Source: an uncultured bacterium
Lineage (GTDB): Bacteria; Acidobacteriota; Thermoanaerobaculia; Multivoradales; JAHZIX01
Assembly: GCA_965368975.1 (NCBI GenBank)
Contig: CBDUPA010000003.1
Span: 288,001-352,000, forward strand
DNA length: 64,000 nucleotides
Direction: 5' to 3'
Of this stretch, positions 27,663 to 37,780 are shown piece after piece; within the stretch, counting starts at the first letter, position 1; every line of letters begins with the position of its first letter. The notes below the pieces were generated by a model. That model did not search any database, was not told the DNA's origin, and worked only from the letters and a program-made list of their open reading frames with translations. Position numbers and translations under genes: made by a program.

Positions 27663-28942
27663 TTTTCCTCCTCGTCGAGCTGAAACAATTCGCGGACCAG
27701 CGCCAGGTGGGGCAGACCGTCTCCTTCAGGGCGGCGCAGGCGGGTGCTGGGGTGATGCAAGATCTTTCGCACCAGCGAGCGGGTGAGTTGCTCGAGTTGC
27801 GGGTGCGTTTCGTCAGGGAATTCGCGCAACACGCGCTCGACCTCGCGACGCCGGATGGTTTCCGCGCGGCGTTGCAGGCTGGCGACCAGGGGCTCGGCTT
27901 CGAGGCTCCGGAACCAGCTGTAGAAACGGGTCAGTTCGTGATCGATGATTTCACGGCACTGCGGGACGGCCTCTCGGCGGCGCTTGAGGTTGTGGCTGAT
28001 CAGCGTTTCGAGGGCGTCGATGTCGTGGAGGAAGACGTTGTCGAGACGGCCGACTGTCGGTTCGACATTGCGCGGTACGCCCAGGTCGACGATCAGCAAG
28101 GGACCGCGTCGACGGCCGAGGGCGGCGTCGAGATCGGCGCGCAGCAGGACGGGCTCGTCGGCGCCCGTGGTGGAGATCACCAGGTCGGACTGGGCTGCGA
28201 TGGTGTGACGGTCGTCGAAATCGACGACGTGGGTTTCCGGAAACTCCTCACGGAAGGCGTCGGCACGGGCTCGTGTGCGGTTGGCGATGCTCAGGTGCTG
28301 AACGCCGCGCTCCTTGAGGTTGCGCGCGACCTGATAGGCGATCTCGCCGGCACCGAGCAGCAGCACGCGGCTTTCTTCGAGGTGCGAGAAGATGTTGCGC
28401 GCGAGTTCCAGCACGGCGTAGCCAAAGGAGACCGCGCCGGCGGACAGGCCGGTCTCGGAGCGAGCGCGCTTCCCAGCGCTAGCGGCGGTGCGCAGCAATT
28501 GGCGCAAGACGGCACCAGCGGCTCCGACGGCGTCGGCAGCGGCGGTGGCCTGTTTTACCTGGCCTAGGATCTCGGGTTCACCAAGGACCATCGATTCCAG
28601 GCCGCAGGCGACGGCGAGCAGGTGTTCGGCGGCGTCCTGGCGCCACTTGACATAAAGCCGGCCTTGGCTCTCGATGTCGGGAGCGCGCGGCAGGAAGACC
28701 TCTTCCAGTGCGCTGCGGAAGGCGTTCTCTTCGTGTTCGCGCGGTCGCACGTAGACTTCGGTGCGATTGCAGGTCGAGAGCAGACAAGCCTCGGCGATCT
28801 CGGGGCGGGCGAGCAAGTGGACCAGGATCTCGGTGGTCTGTTCCGGGCCATAGCTGACCTGTTCGCGGAGCTCCAGAGAGGCGCGCCGGAAGTCGGTTCC
28901 GACGAGGACGATCGAGGGGGTACTGTTGGCGGTCCGGCTCAT
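27659..28942 (-). CDS. hemA: Glutamyl-tRNA reductase
   Basis: LSTCNRTE, GLESMVLGEPEILGQ, GAGEI, DLGVPRNVE. Confidence 0.96.
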   Translation of the reverse strand: MSRTANSTPSIVLVGTDFRRASLELREQVSYGPEQTTEILVHLLARPEIAEACLLSTCNRTEVYVRPREHEENAFRSALEEVFLPRAPDIESQGRLYVKWRQDAAEHLLAVACGLESMVLGEPEILGQVKQATAAADAVGAAGAVLRQLLRTAASAGKRARSETGLSAGAVSFGYAVLELARNIFSHLEESRVLLLGAGEIAYQVARNLKERGVQHLSIANRTRARADAFREEFPETHVVDFDDRHTIAAQSDLVISTTGADEPVLLRADLDAALGRRRGPLLIVDLGVPRNVEPTVGRLDNVFLHDIDALETLISHNLKRRREAVPQCREIIDHELTRFYSWFRSLEAEPLVASLQRRAETIRRREVERVLREFPDETHPQLEQLTRSLVRKILHHPSTRLRRPEGDGLPHLALVRELFQLDEEEK

Positions 28943-28983
28943 GACGTCTTGCTCATGATAGGGCGGGGCCTGCGGTCGAAGCT

Positions 28984-29808
28984 TCAGGAGGCATGAAAGC
29001 TACCGGTGAAGACGAAGTTGATGACCATCAGCGACACGAGGATGACGGCGAGGCCGGCGAGGCTGGCGATGGCCGTCTGCGGCCCCTGCCAGCGCCGCAA
29101 CCGGCGCATCCCCAGAGCCAGCCCGTAGAGCAACCAGGTGGCGAGGGTGAACACGATCTTGGTGTCCTGCAGCCAGGTCTCGTAGCCGATGGCGTAGGTC
29201 CAGTAGAGACCGGCGGCGACCGCACCGGTGAGCGCTACGAAACCGACGCCGAGGGCGCCGCTGAGCATCCGGTCGAGCACTTCGAGCGGCGGCAGGCGTC
29301 CGTAGAACAGGCGGAAATGGGCTGATTTCAGTTCTCGGTACAGCTCCAGGTAGAGGAAGCCGTAGACACCAGCCAGGACGAAGGCGGAATAGCCGATCAG
29401 GGCCAGGAACACGTGAATTGTGAACAGCGGGCTCTTGAACAGGTCGAGGGATGGTGGTTCCGGCCGGTGCAGGAGTGAGGAGAGCAGTTGCAGCAGGAAG
29501 ACCAGGGCGAGCATCCACAGGCCGGTCGAGCGCTCGCGACCTTGCCACTCCACCAGGGTGTAGACCAAGGCCACGGCGAAGGCGATGATCGACAGGGCTT
29601 GCGGCACGGTGGCGGCGGGAAACTGCCCCCACTTGAAGGTCAGCACGACCAGGTACGCGAAGTGGAAGAGCAGGGTAGCTCGCAGAGCAGGTGCGGCGGT
29701 GCGCTCGGCGACCGGGTGGCGCTGGAAGAAGAGCAGGCCGTAGGTCAGCGTCACCAGCAGGTAGACCAGAGGCAAGAGGAGGAGCGCGGCGCTGAGGAAG
29801 GTGTCCAC
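28984..29808 (-). CDS. Cytochrome c assembly (CcsA/HemX-like) membrane protein
   Basis: About eight TM helices, HVFLALIGY, LPPLEVLDR, W-rich WLQDTK segment, terminal FH. Typical position upstream of hemA. Confidence 0.82.
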   Translation of the reverse strand: MDTFLSAALLLLPLVYLLVTLTYGLLFFQRHPVAERTAAPALRATLLFHFAYLVVLTFKWGQFPAATVPQALSIIAFAVALVYTLVEWQGRERSTGLWMLALVFLLQLLSSLLHRPEPPSLDLFKSPLFTIHVFLALIGYSAFVLAGVYGFLYLELYRELKSAHFRLFYGRLPPLEVLDRMLSGALGVGFVALTGAVAAGLYWTYAIGYETWLQDTKIVFTLATWLLYGLALGMRRLRRWQGPQTAIASLAGLAVILVSLMVINFVFTGSFHAS

Positions 29809-29865
29809 GATACGTCAGTATAGTTCGGTTCGACGATCTGAGGGGAGGATAGGTCGGTTGGTCTT

Positions 29866-31638
29866 TCAGCCCGTGACGCGCACGACTTCTTCGAAGGTGG
29901 TGACGCCCTCGGCCATCTTGCGGAGTGCGCTCTGGCGCAGCGTGCGCATGCCGTTCTTGACCGCCTCGCGCTTGATCTTGGTCGCGTCCGCTCCTTCGAT
30001 GATCAGGTCCTTGATGGCGTCTTTCATCGGCAGGATCTCGAACACGCCGGTGCGGCCCAGATAGCCGGTGCCACGACACTCGAAGCAGCCTTCCCCCTCG
30101 TGCACCTTGACGCGCCGGTTGGGGGGAATCGACAGGTGCAGCGTGTGCACTTCGTCGTCGCTGAGGTAGCGCTCGATGACGCAGTGCGGGCACACCTTGC
30201 GCACCAGGCGTTGCGCCATGGCACCGACCAGCGTCGAGGTGATCAGGAAGCGCTCGACGTCGAGGTCCGCCAGGCGGCTGATGGCGGCGGCAGCGTCGTT
30301 GGTGTGCAGGGTGGAGAAGACCTGGTGGCCTGTGAGGGCCGCCTGCGTCGCATAGTGGGCCGTCTCGCCATCGCGGATCTCACCCACCATGATGATGTCC
30401 GGGTCCTGGCGCAGGATGTGCCGCAGCGCGCCGGCGAAGGTGATGCCGACCTTGGGCTGCACGGCCGTCTGGTTGAACGGCTCGTGGATCATTTCGATCG
30501 GATCTTCGATGGTAGTGATGTTGACTTCGGGATTGGCCAGGACGTTGAGGGCCGAGTAGAGCGTGGTCGTCTTGCCCGAACCGGTCGGTCCAGTGACCAG
30601 GATGATGCCGTGCGGGCGGCCGATGAAGTCTTGGAAGACGGAGAGCTCGTCGTCGTAGAAGCCGAGGCCGTCGAGGTCCTTGAGCATCACGTCCGGGTCG
30701 AAGATACGCATGACGATCTTCTCGCCGAAGGCCACCGGCAGCGTCGACACACGCAGCTCGATCTCGCGACCATCGCGCGTGGTCTTGACACGCCCGTCCT
30801 GCGGTCGTCGCTTCTCGGCGATATCGAGCCGCGACATGGTCTTGAGGCGGCTGATCACTGCCTTGTGCACCACCTTGGGCATGGTCTGGATGTCGTGGAG
30901 TACGCCATCGATGCGGAAGCGGATCAGGCTTGCCTCGCGCTTGGGCTCGACGTGGATGTCGCTGGCGCGGCTATCGTAGGCGTGTTGCAGCATGTACTCG
31001 ACGGCATTGACGACGTGCTGGTCGCTGGACTCGATCTCGGTCTCGCTCTTCATGCGCACGAGCTGTTCGAGATTGCCCAGGTCGATGCCGCCGTCGAGGT
31101 CCCGCTCGGCACGCTTGACGGAGTGGCGTAGACCGTAGAATTCAGTGATCGCGCGCAGCAGATCCGGCTCGGACGCTACGACGAGTTCGAGCTCCAGGTC
31201 GGCAATGCGCTTGAAAGAGTCGATCGCCTCGATGTCGAAGGGGTTGGCGCAGGCGACGCGCAGCCGGCCATCGGCCATCTCGAGCGGCAGCATGCGGTGG
31301 CGCTTGGCGAACGGGCGTGAGATCTTGGACTCGATGAGATCAGCGTTCAGCCCCAGCGGGTCGATGCGCACGTGCGCCAGCTTGGCGTCCGTGGCGATCA
31401 CTTGCGCGATCACGTGTTCGTCGACGACGGGGTTGTCGCCGTTCGCGGACAGGGTGCCCGACTGGATGGGAAGGTTGAGCCCGCAGATCAGCTCGTAAGC
31501 CACGGCACGCTGCTCGAAGGCGCGTGACGAGGCCGCTCGCGTGTGGCGAGCCTCCTTCTTGACCAACTCGACCTGCTGCGGCGAGATCACCTTGTGGCGG
31601 TGCAACAGGTCAGCGACCATGTGTGGTGTCAGGCTCAT
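29866..31638 (-). CDS. GspE/PilB family secretion/pilus assembly ATPase
   Basis: ASDIHVEP, RFRIDG, PQDGR, GPTGSGKTT, TIEDPIE, LRQDPDIIMVGEIRD, STLHTN, tetracysteine CPHC/CFEC. Confidence 0.95.
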   Translation of the reverse strand: MSLTPHMVADLLHRHKVISPQQVELVKKEARHTRAASSRAFEQRAVAYELICGLNLPIQSGTLSANGDNPVVDEHVIAQVIATDAKLAHVRIDPLGLNADLIESKISRPFAKRHRMLPLEMADGRLRVACANPFDIEAIDSFKRIADLELELVVASEPDLLRAITEFYGLRHSVKRAERDLDGGIDLGNLEQLVRMKSETEIESSDQHVVNAVEYMLQHAYDSRASDIHVEPKREASLIRFRIDGVLHDIQTMPKVVHKAVISRLKTMSRLDIAEKRRPQDGRVKTTRDGREIELRVSTLPVAFGEKIVMRIFDPDVMLKDLDGLGFYDDELSVFQDFIGRPHGIILVTGPTGSGKTTTLYSALNVLANPEVNITTIEDPIEMIHEPFNQTAVQPKVGITFAGALRHILRQDPDIIMVGEIRDGETAHYATQAALTGHQVFSTLHTNDAAAAISRLADLDVERFLITSTLVGAMAQRLVRKVCPHCVIERYLSDDEVHTLHLSIPPNRRVKVHEGEGCFECRGTGYLGRTGVFEILPMKDAIKDLIIEGADATKIKREAVKNGMRTLRQSALRKMAEGVTTFEEVVRVTG

Positions 31639-31735
31639 TGAGGACTCCTCCGGTCGGGAAGCCTATCGCACTGCAGGCTCGGCTGGGGTCTGCGGTGAGG
31701 GTACCGCTCGCTGGGGGGCCCCACACTGTGGCAGG

Positions 31736-32740
31736 CTAGCGCAGCGAGGCCACCACTCGATCGACCACCTGCTCCATGGTCGATCGGGGCGCATAGGCGA
31801 AGTCGCGGCGAGCGGCCGAGATGTCGTAGAAATGATCACGCGCCAAGACGCCGGCCAGGAAGCGGGTCAGGCGTGGTTCGCCGGGCAGGCGCAGGGTCCG
31901 GTGGAAGGTCTCGAGCACGCCGGCGAGTCGGCGCGCCGTGGTCTCGGAGATGCGGCGGCGTACCGGGGGGATGTTGAGGCGGTTGAGCAGTCCGTTGATC
32001 CACGGCCAGAGCACGACGGGCTCACCCTGGCTCAGGAAGTAGGTCTTGCCGCCCACGGGTGCGCCGTCTGCGCGCTGCAGCACGTCGGCGGCCTGCAGGT
32101 GCGCACGGGCCGCGTCCTCGACAAAGGTCATGTCGACACGGTTTCGCCCCTCGCCGACCTGGATGAGCTTGCCGGCACGGGCACGTGCCACCAGGCGCGG
32201 CACCAGGTGCGGATCCCCGGGGCCCAGAATCAAGTGCGGTCGCAGTGCGACGGTGCGCAGCGTGTCGCTATGTCCCTGCAACACCAGGCGTTCGGCGATC
32301 GCCTTGGTGGCTGAGTAGCGATTCTCGTGCCGCTCGGGGTAGGGCAGCGATTCGTCGTGGCCTTGGTGGTCGCTGCCGTCGAAGACCACGCTCGGTGAGC
32401 TGGTGAAGACCAGGTGGCGAATACCATGGGTGCGGCAGGCGGTGATGACGTTCTGCGTGCCGACCACGTTGGGCTGATAGAAGCTGTCCCAAGAGCCCCA
32501 GACGCCGGCCTTGGCGGCCGTGTGGAAGACCGCGTCGAGGCTCTTGCCGTCGAGAGGCTTGCAGGCGTCGAGGACCGTCCGGGTGTCGGCCAGGTCGCCG
32601 CGCACCAAGCTGGCGCCGGCTTGGGTGAGTTCCGGATAGTCGCCGCGCGCGAAGATGGTGACCTCGTCGCCGCGGTCGAGGAGCTGGCGTACGATGTGGC
32701 TTCCCAGGAAGCCGCCACCGCCGGTGACCAGGGCTCTCAT
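31736..32740 (-). CDS. oleD: OleD-like 2-alkyl-3-oxoalkanoate reductase (extended SDR)
   Basis: TGGGGFLG, HTAAKAGVWG, FTSSPSVVF, YSATK, LRPHLI. Follows the oleB/oleC-like genes. Confidence 0.85.
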   Translation of the reverse strand: MRALVTGGGGFLGSHIVRQLLDRGDEVTIFARGDYPELTQAGASLVRGDLADTRTVLDACKPLDGKSLDAVFHTAAKAGVWGSWDSFYQPNVVGTQNVITACRTHGIRHLVFTSSPSVVFDGSDHQGHDESLPYPERHENRYSATKAIAERLVLQGHSDTLRTVALRPHLILGPGDPHLVPRLVARARAGKLIQVGEGRNRVDMTFVEDAARAHLQAADVLQRADGAPVGGKTYFLSQGEPVVLWPWINGLLNRLNIPPVRRRISETTARRLAGVLETFHRTLRLPGEPRLTRFLAGVLARDHFYDISAARRDFAYAPRSTMEQVVDRVVASLR

Positions 32741-34443
32741 GTCGCGGGTCCTCCCGGGGTCGTTCGACGCACCCGTGGTGCTGCCCAGGCCGCCAGCGCC
32801 TCGCGCACGATCTTGGCATTGTGCCGTACATCGACGGGAAACTCGGGGTGGAACAGGAAGTCGTGAATCTTGGCGGCTCGAGGGTGGTCATCGCCGAGGG
32901 CCAGGAGTTCGCGGCGTAGGCGCTCCGCCTCGGCACCGCTGGGTGTGCGCCCGTCGAGCAGCTCGACGACCAGCACCGGTCGTTGCCGACCCCGTGGTCC
33001 GGCACCGACCAAGGCGGTACGTCGGACCGCGGGATGCTGGTCGAAGATCGCTTCCAGGGCCGATAGCAGGAGGGCGCCATCTGCCGTCTCGACGCGGTGC
33101 GACTTGCGGCCACAGACCCACAGCCTGCCGTGTGTGTCGACGTAGCCGAGGTCCCCCATACGATGCCACAGGCTACCGTCGGTGGCACGGATCTTGGCGA
33201 GCGCCGTCTGCTGCGGACGATGGAGATACTCGCGCGTGACGATCGAGCCGCGGACCACGATTTCGCCCAGTTCCCCCGCGGGCAGCTCCTCGACTTCGTT
33301 CCAGGTCTCGAGGACGTCGTCGCTGAGGCGGATGATGCGGATGTCGACGTCTCCTAGCGGCCGTCCGACGCAGACCCCACGCCCGGCTTCTGTGGCGCCG
33401 CGTACGTCTGGATCGAGCACCGTAGCGTGATCGACCAGTGTCAGCGGCAGAGCCTCGGTGGCGCCGAAGGGCGTCGCGACCCGACAATCAACCGGCACGA
33501 TACGGCGTAGATCCTCGACCAAGCGTGGGTCGACCGAAGCACCGAAGAGGAAGAGGTGCTGGAGGTAGGACAGGTGGATGTCGCGCGCCAGGCAGTGGTC
33601 CGCCAGTTTGCGCCACACCACCGGTGAGCCGAGGCTGAGCGTCACACCGTGGGTCTCGATGGCCTCCACCAGGCGTGCCGGGTCGACCTTCGCCGGCTGC
33701 CGTGGGTCCATGTCCGGGATCACCGTCGAGACGCCGAGCGCCGGATTGAACAGCGCGAAGATGGGCAGGATGGCGAGGTGGATGTCGCCCTCGCGGATCC
33801 CCATGTCGCCGTGCATCGCCGCCAGCTGAGCTCGAAAGATACCCTGCAGGTAGACGACACCCTTCGGCATGCCGGTCGAACCGGAGGTGAAGGCGACCGC
33901 CGCTTCATCGTCGCTGTCGGTGTCGGCGATGGAGAAGGGGCCCGCCGAGACACCGCTGGCGAGCAACTCCGTCAGCGTGACCCCGCCCCCGAAGAGCCGG
34001 CTGAGCCCCATACCGGCGTGCGTAGCGCGTCGCCGGACCGAGCGAAACGCGGCAGGGAACAGCCGGCTCAGCACGTGCGCCAGTGGAATGCCGATCATCG
34101 ACGTGGGCTCCGTCTCGCGTACGCACTGCAAGAACGCCTTGCGACCCATGCCGGGATCGATCAGCACCGGCACCGCGCCGGCCTTGAGGAGCGCGAAGAT
34201 CACCGCGATCAGCTCGATCCCGGGTCGGAGCATGACCAAGACGCGCTGCCCGCGGTCGAAACCGCGGTGCACCAGGCCGTGGGCATAGGCGTCGGAGAGC
34301 TGGTGCAGCTGCGCGAAGCTCAGCTGTACGAAGCGCGGCCGGTCGTCGCGCGTGCGGCCAGCGGGGAAGAGAACCGCTGGACGGTGGGGCGCCCGCTCGG
34401 CCTGGCGGGCGAAGTCGCGGGCGATGTTGTAGCGGTCGGACAT
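32737..34443 (-). CDS. oleC: OleC-like AMP-dependent ligase (beta-lactone synthetase)
   Basis: LIDPGMG, FTSGSTGMPKGV, FGATEALP, WHRMGDLG, FPVDVRHNAKI. Confidence 0.87.
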   Translation of the reverse strand: MSDRYNIARDFARQAERAPHRPAVLFPAGRTRDDRPRFVQLSFAQLHQLSDAYAHGLVHRGFDRGQRVLVMLRPGIELIAVIFALLKAGAVPVLIDPGMGRKAFLQCVRETEPTSMIGIPLAHVLSRLFPAAFRSVRRRATHAGMGLSRLFGGGVTLTELLASGVSAGPFSIADTDSDDEAAVAFTSGSTGMPKGVVYLQGIFRAQLAAMHGDMGIREGDIHLAILPIFALFNPALGVSTVIPDMDPRQPAKVDPARLVEAIETHGVTLSLGSPVVWRKLADHCLARDIHLSYLQHLFLFGASVDPRLVEDLRRIVPVDCRVATPFGATEALPLTLVDHATVLDPDVRGATEAGRGVCVGRPLGDVDIRIIRLSDDVLETWNEVEELPAGELGEIVVRGSIVTREYLHRPQQTALAKIRATDGSLWHRMGDLGYVDTHGRLWVCGRKSHRVETADGALLLSALEAIFDQHPAVRRTALVGAGPRGRQRPVLVVELLDGRTPSGAEAERLRRELLALGDDHPRAAKIHDFLFHPEFPVDVRHNAKIVREALAAWAAPRVRRTTPGGPAT

Positions 34444-34471
34444 CGTTACTTCAAGAGGCTGTTGCAGAAGG

Positions 34472-35383
34472 CTACTTCAGGAACGGTACCAGCGAGGGCA
34501 CGATCCGTTCGTGGGCGTCTTCGAAGATGTAGTGCCCGGCGTCGGTGAAGACTTCGACCTCCGCGTGCGGGAAGCGCTGCTGCCATTCGGGTAGGAAGTG
34601 CCGGGTGGTGAAGCAGAAGTCCTGATCTCCCCAGTAGATCCGCATCGGCCGCTGCGCCAGCTGGCCCAGGCCGGCGTCGATGGCGTCGAGGGTACGGCGG
34701 GTTGGATGATGCGGCTCGAGCGGGATGTCGCGCACGAAACGATGGACGGCGACGCGGTCCTGCCAGCTGTCATACGGGGCGAGGTACCCGGCACGCACGT
34801 CCTCGGGCAGGTGCTGCGACGTGGCGAAGAGCTGGGCGGCGCGGGCGAAGCCATTGAGCCCACGCACCAGGAAGGCACCGACGGCAGGGTAGCGGCAGAC
34901 ACGGATACGCCAGGGGCAGAAGTCGACGTGGAAGGCGGCGGTGTTGCCGACGACGAGACGGTCGACGCGCTCGGGGTGGCGCGTGGCCCAGCCCATTCCG
35001 ATGGCGCCGCCCCAGTCGTGGACGATCAAGGACGCCCGCTCGACCTCGAGGTGGTCGAGCAGCGCTTCGAGACGCTGGATGTGCAGTTCCAGCGTGTACG
35101 GCGTGCCCTCGGCAGCCGCTGGTGGCTTGTCCGACAGGCCGCAACCCAGGTGGTCCGGAACGATCACGCGGTGATCGGGGGCCAGCGCTGGGATCAGGTG
35201 ACGGAAGTAGAACGACCAGGTCGGGTTGCCGTGCACCAGGACAACGGGCGGCGCTTGGGGGTCGCCTTCGTCGAGATAGTGCAGGCGCCACGGCGGGTGC
35301 GGCGATGCGCCGGGCTCGTCGAGCTGGAAGAAGTGACTCTGAAACGGATAGTGGACACGCCACGGTGCGTTGGGGGAATTCAT
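34472..35383 (-). CDS. oleB: OleB-like haloalkane-dehalogenase-fold hydrolase (beta-lactone decarboxylase)
   Basis: HGNPTWSFY, PDHLGCGLSDKP, VHDWGG (Asp nucleophile), NTAAF, DAGHY. Confidence 0.85.
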   Translation of the reverse strand: MNSPNAPWRVHYPFQSHFFQLDEPGASPHPPWRLHYLDEGDPQAPPVVLVHGNPTWSFYFRHLIPALAPDHRVIVPDHLGCGLSDKPPAAAEGTPYTLELHIQRLEALLDHLEVERASLIVHDWGGAIGMGWATRHPERVDRLVVGNTAAFHVDFCPWRIRVCRYPAVGAFLVRGLNGFARAAQLFATSQHLPEDVRAGYLAPYDSWQDRVAVHRFVRDIPLEPHHPTRRTLDAIDAGLGQLAQRPMRIYWGDQDFCFTTRHFLPEWQQRFPHAEVEVFTDAGHYIFEDAHERIVPSLVPFLK

Positions 35384-35441
35384 GGCGGCGGCAGCGTATC
35401 ACCGCTACCGCCGCTCAGAGCTGGCGTCGCTCAGGATCGGA

Positions 35442-36536
35442 TCACGGTGTCACCACCTCGGTGGCCGGTCGGTTCATGCTCCAGTTGAACCAGAAGGTGT
35501 CGACGCCTGGCAAGCGCTGCACGGTCGATGCGCCCTCGCCGACGAAGCTTGCGGAGGCGGGGTCGAGTCGGGAACCCGACGCGCGGTGCACCCAGGTGCC
35601 GCTGTGCGCTTCGAAGGCGTCGCCTTCGGCCGGCTTCGGTGCCACGAAGGCGGCTGAGCTGCGGTAGATCGCGGCGCCTGCGGGGCGCTGGAGCAGGATC
35701 TGGTGGTCTCCCAGCTGCAACAATACCCCCGATCCGGTGAAGTGCTCGGAGGCTACAGCGTACGGAGTGCCCTCGAGTTCGAAGGCGAAGATGTGGGCTT
35801 TGGCTGACAGGCGAGTGTCCGCCAGCTGGCCATCTCGGAACACTCGATCGGAGGACAGGTAGTTGTCATAGGGATTGCTGTCCGCGTGCTCCTGCCCGCC
35901 GACGGAGAGCACGAGCGTGTGGGGGTAGCGACCCTTCCAGTCGGCCCACTGTGCCTTCTCGCCAATCGTGAGCTCGTCGAGCAGAGTGCCATCGAGATCG
36001 CCGGCGATGGCTTCCCCGTTGAGGATCGGCCAGTAGCTGTCGGTCTCGCGGTCCTGCATCACCAGCGTGGCGTGGATGAGACCGCCGGAGGGTTCGAAGT
36101 GAAGAGTCTTGCCCGCGTAGTTGCGGCCGTACACGACGGCCGTGTTGGCGAGCGGTCACCAGACTGCCGCGATCGGCAGCTCTCCCAGGCGATCGTTGAC
36201 TACTTCGTGCTGGTTCAGCAGGTTCAACGAGTAGGCGCGCGCCTCTCCGTCGAGCGCGATACCGAGGACCCAGGCATCCTCCGGCACGTCGGCTTCGTCA
36301 GCCGTCACGAAGTCGGGAGCGTGGATCGCCGGAATGCCGCCACGCGGTAGCAGCTGCTGGAAGCTGTCCGGCAGATCCGGATGCACTTCGGCACCGCGCA
36401 TTCCTGGCTCAGGAGGCTTGTCACGCACACCTTCGGTCGCGGCGCTCAGAGCACTCGGGCCGAGTGTCAGCAGCAGAGCTGGGAGCAGGGATCGCAGGAC
36501 GTGGCCGAGCGACACTGGGGTGTTTCGTCTGGGCAT
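35442..36536 (-). CDS. DUF3179-family exported protein, probable selenoprotein (in-frame TGA at 36156-36158)
   Basis: The 126 aa and 230 aa ORFs are in the same frame and joined by TGG TGA CCG CTC GCC (W-U-P-L-A). Family motifs GIPAI, ARAYSL..L..HEVVND, LVMQDRETDSYW, W..WK..YP.T and FWFNW span both halves. Confidence 0.85.
36124..36142 (-). promoter_or_regulatory. Candidate bacterial SECIS hairpin
   Basis: mRNA CGGCCGU-CGUGU-ACGGCCG: perfect 7-bp stem and 5-nt loop with G at position 2. The loop begins 20 nt after the UGA. Confidence 0.65.
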
Positions 36537-36893
36537 GGATACCTCCGAGGGGATGAGTCAGGTCCTTGGGGAGTGGCTGGCCACGGCTTGGTGCACGAGC
36601 AGTACGGTGGTGCCAGGGCGGATGGATTCTCTGTGGAGGCCTATGCTACATTTCTCGCGCTCCTTTCGCTTTCTTTGCTTTTCTGGCAGCGACGACCGAC
36701 TCCGAACCCGCGCTTCTGACGCCTGTGCGGTCAGGACTTTCCGTCGCTCCTGTCCACTCGCTTTCAAACACTACAGTCCGAAGATGTAGGCCGGAATCGT
36801 CCGGATGGCTGGGGCGCTGTCCGCGCTGCGTGAAGCGACTCCGCCTTGCCTGCATCTCAACCCTAGGCCTTTGGAACCAACAAGGAGGAGAGC

Positions 36894-37766
36894 ATGAGGC
36901 CGAATTCATCCGCGATCCGCGTCGTGGGTCTGTTGACGTTGTGTGGTCTGCTGGCGCTGCCGGCGCTGGCCAACACCGGTGTGGCATTCGTCCATGGCAC
37001 CGGCAATCAGACAGATGCCCTGAACGACTACTGGAAGAGTGACTTCGTCAACTCTGTACGCCAGGGATTGTCCAACAGTGCGAACTACACGGTGATCAAC
37101 TGTCAGTTCGAGGAGTACATGTGGGACTCCCAGGCCGCCGGATGCCTGGCGGGCTATCTCTACAACTTCATCACCAGCAAGAACATCGACGACTTGGTGG
37201 TCATCACGCACTCAAATGGTGGCAACGTGATGCGCTGGATCCTGTCCAACCCGACCTGGGACAGCCGCTATCCGACGATCATCAACAACACCCGCTGGGT
37301 CAACGCGCTGGCACCATCGAGCTTGGGCACGCCGCTCGCCGATGCCGTGATGAGTGGCTCGATCTTCGAAGCGGCGGTCGGCTGGTTGCTTGGTTATCAG
37401 AGCGACGCTGTGCGCATGCAGCAGACGTCGTGGATGGCCTACTACAACTCGACCTACCTGCTCGGTACGTCCGGCCGTCCCGCTCTACCGAAGGGTTTCT
37501 GGAACGTTGTTGGTACCGACGTCGAGACCGCGATTTGGGATGGGGACAGCTACTGCGGTGGTTACGACCTGAACCTTGGGCTCGAAGTGACGCAGGCCTG
37601 GCTCGCCAGCTGCTCGGATGGGTTCCTCGAGTGCACTAGCCAGGCGGGAGCCGGCTCGGTCTGGTTCTATGACACCAGCGTGACGGCTGGTGGCGAGCCG
37701 CTGAGCCACAACCAGAGCCGGCGCAAGTGCTTCAACCTCGACGTCATTCTGCGCAACGACCTGTGA
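36894..37766 (+). CDS. Secreted alpha/beta hydrolase (lipase-like)
   Basis: AGGAGGAG RBS, signal peptide ending ALA, AFVHGTG oxyanion motif, ITHSNGG nucleophile elbow, GTPLAD, SDG, SH. Confidence 0.8.
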   Translation: MRPNSSAIRVVGLLTLCGLLALPALANTGVAFVHGTGNQTDALNDYWKSDFVNSVRQGLSNSANYTVINCQFEEYMWDSQAAGCLAGYLYNFITSKNIDDLVVITHSNGGNVMRWILSNPTWDSRYPTIINNTRWVNALAPSSLGTPLADAVMSGSIFEAAVGWLLGYQSDAVRMQQTSWMAYYNSTYLLGTSGRPALPKGFWNVVGTDVETAIWDGDSYCGGYDLNLGLEVTQAWLASCSDGFLECTSQAGAGSVWFYDTSVTAGGEPLSHNQSRRKCFNLDVILRNDL

Positions 37767-37780
37767 GAAGGAGAGTAGAG

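Noticed and set aside
35442-36536. Two separate genes or a nonsense pseudogene
   Set aside because: Same frame, the stop is TGA exactly at the family's Cys position, a SECIS-like hairpin follows, and neither half shows decay. Selenocysteine read-through is more parsimonious, though unproven.
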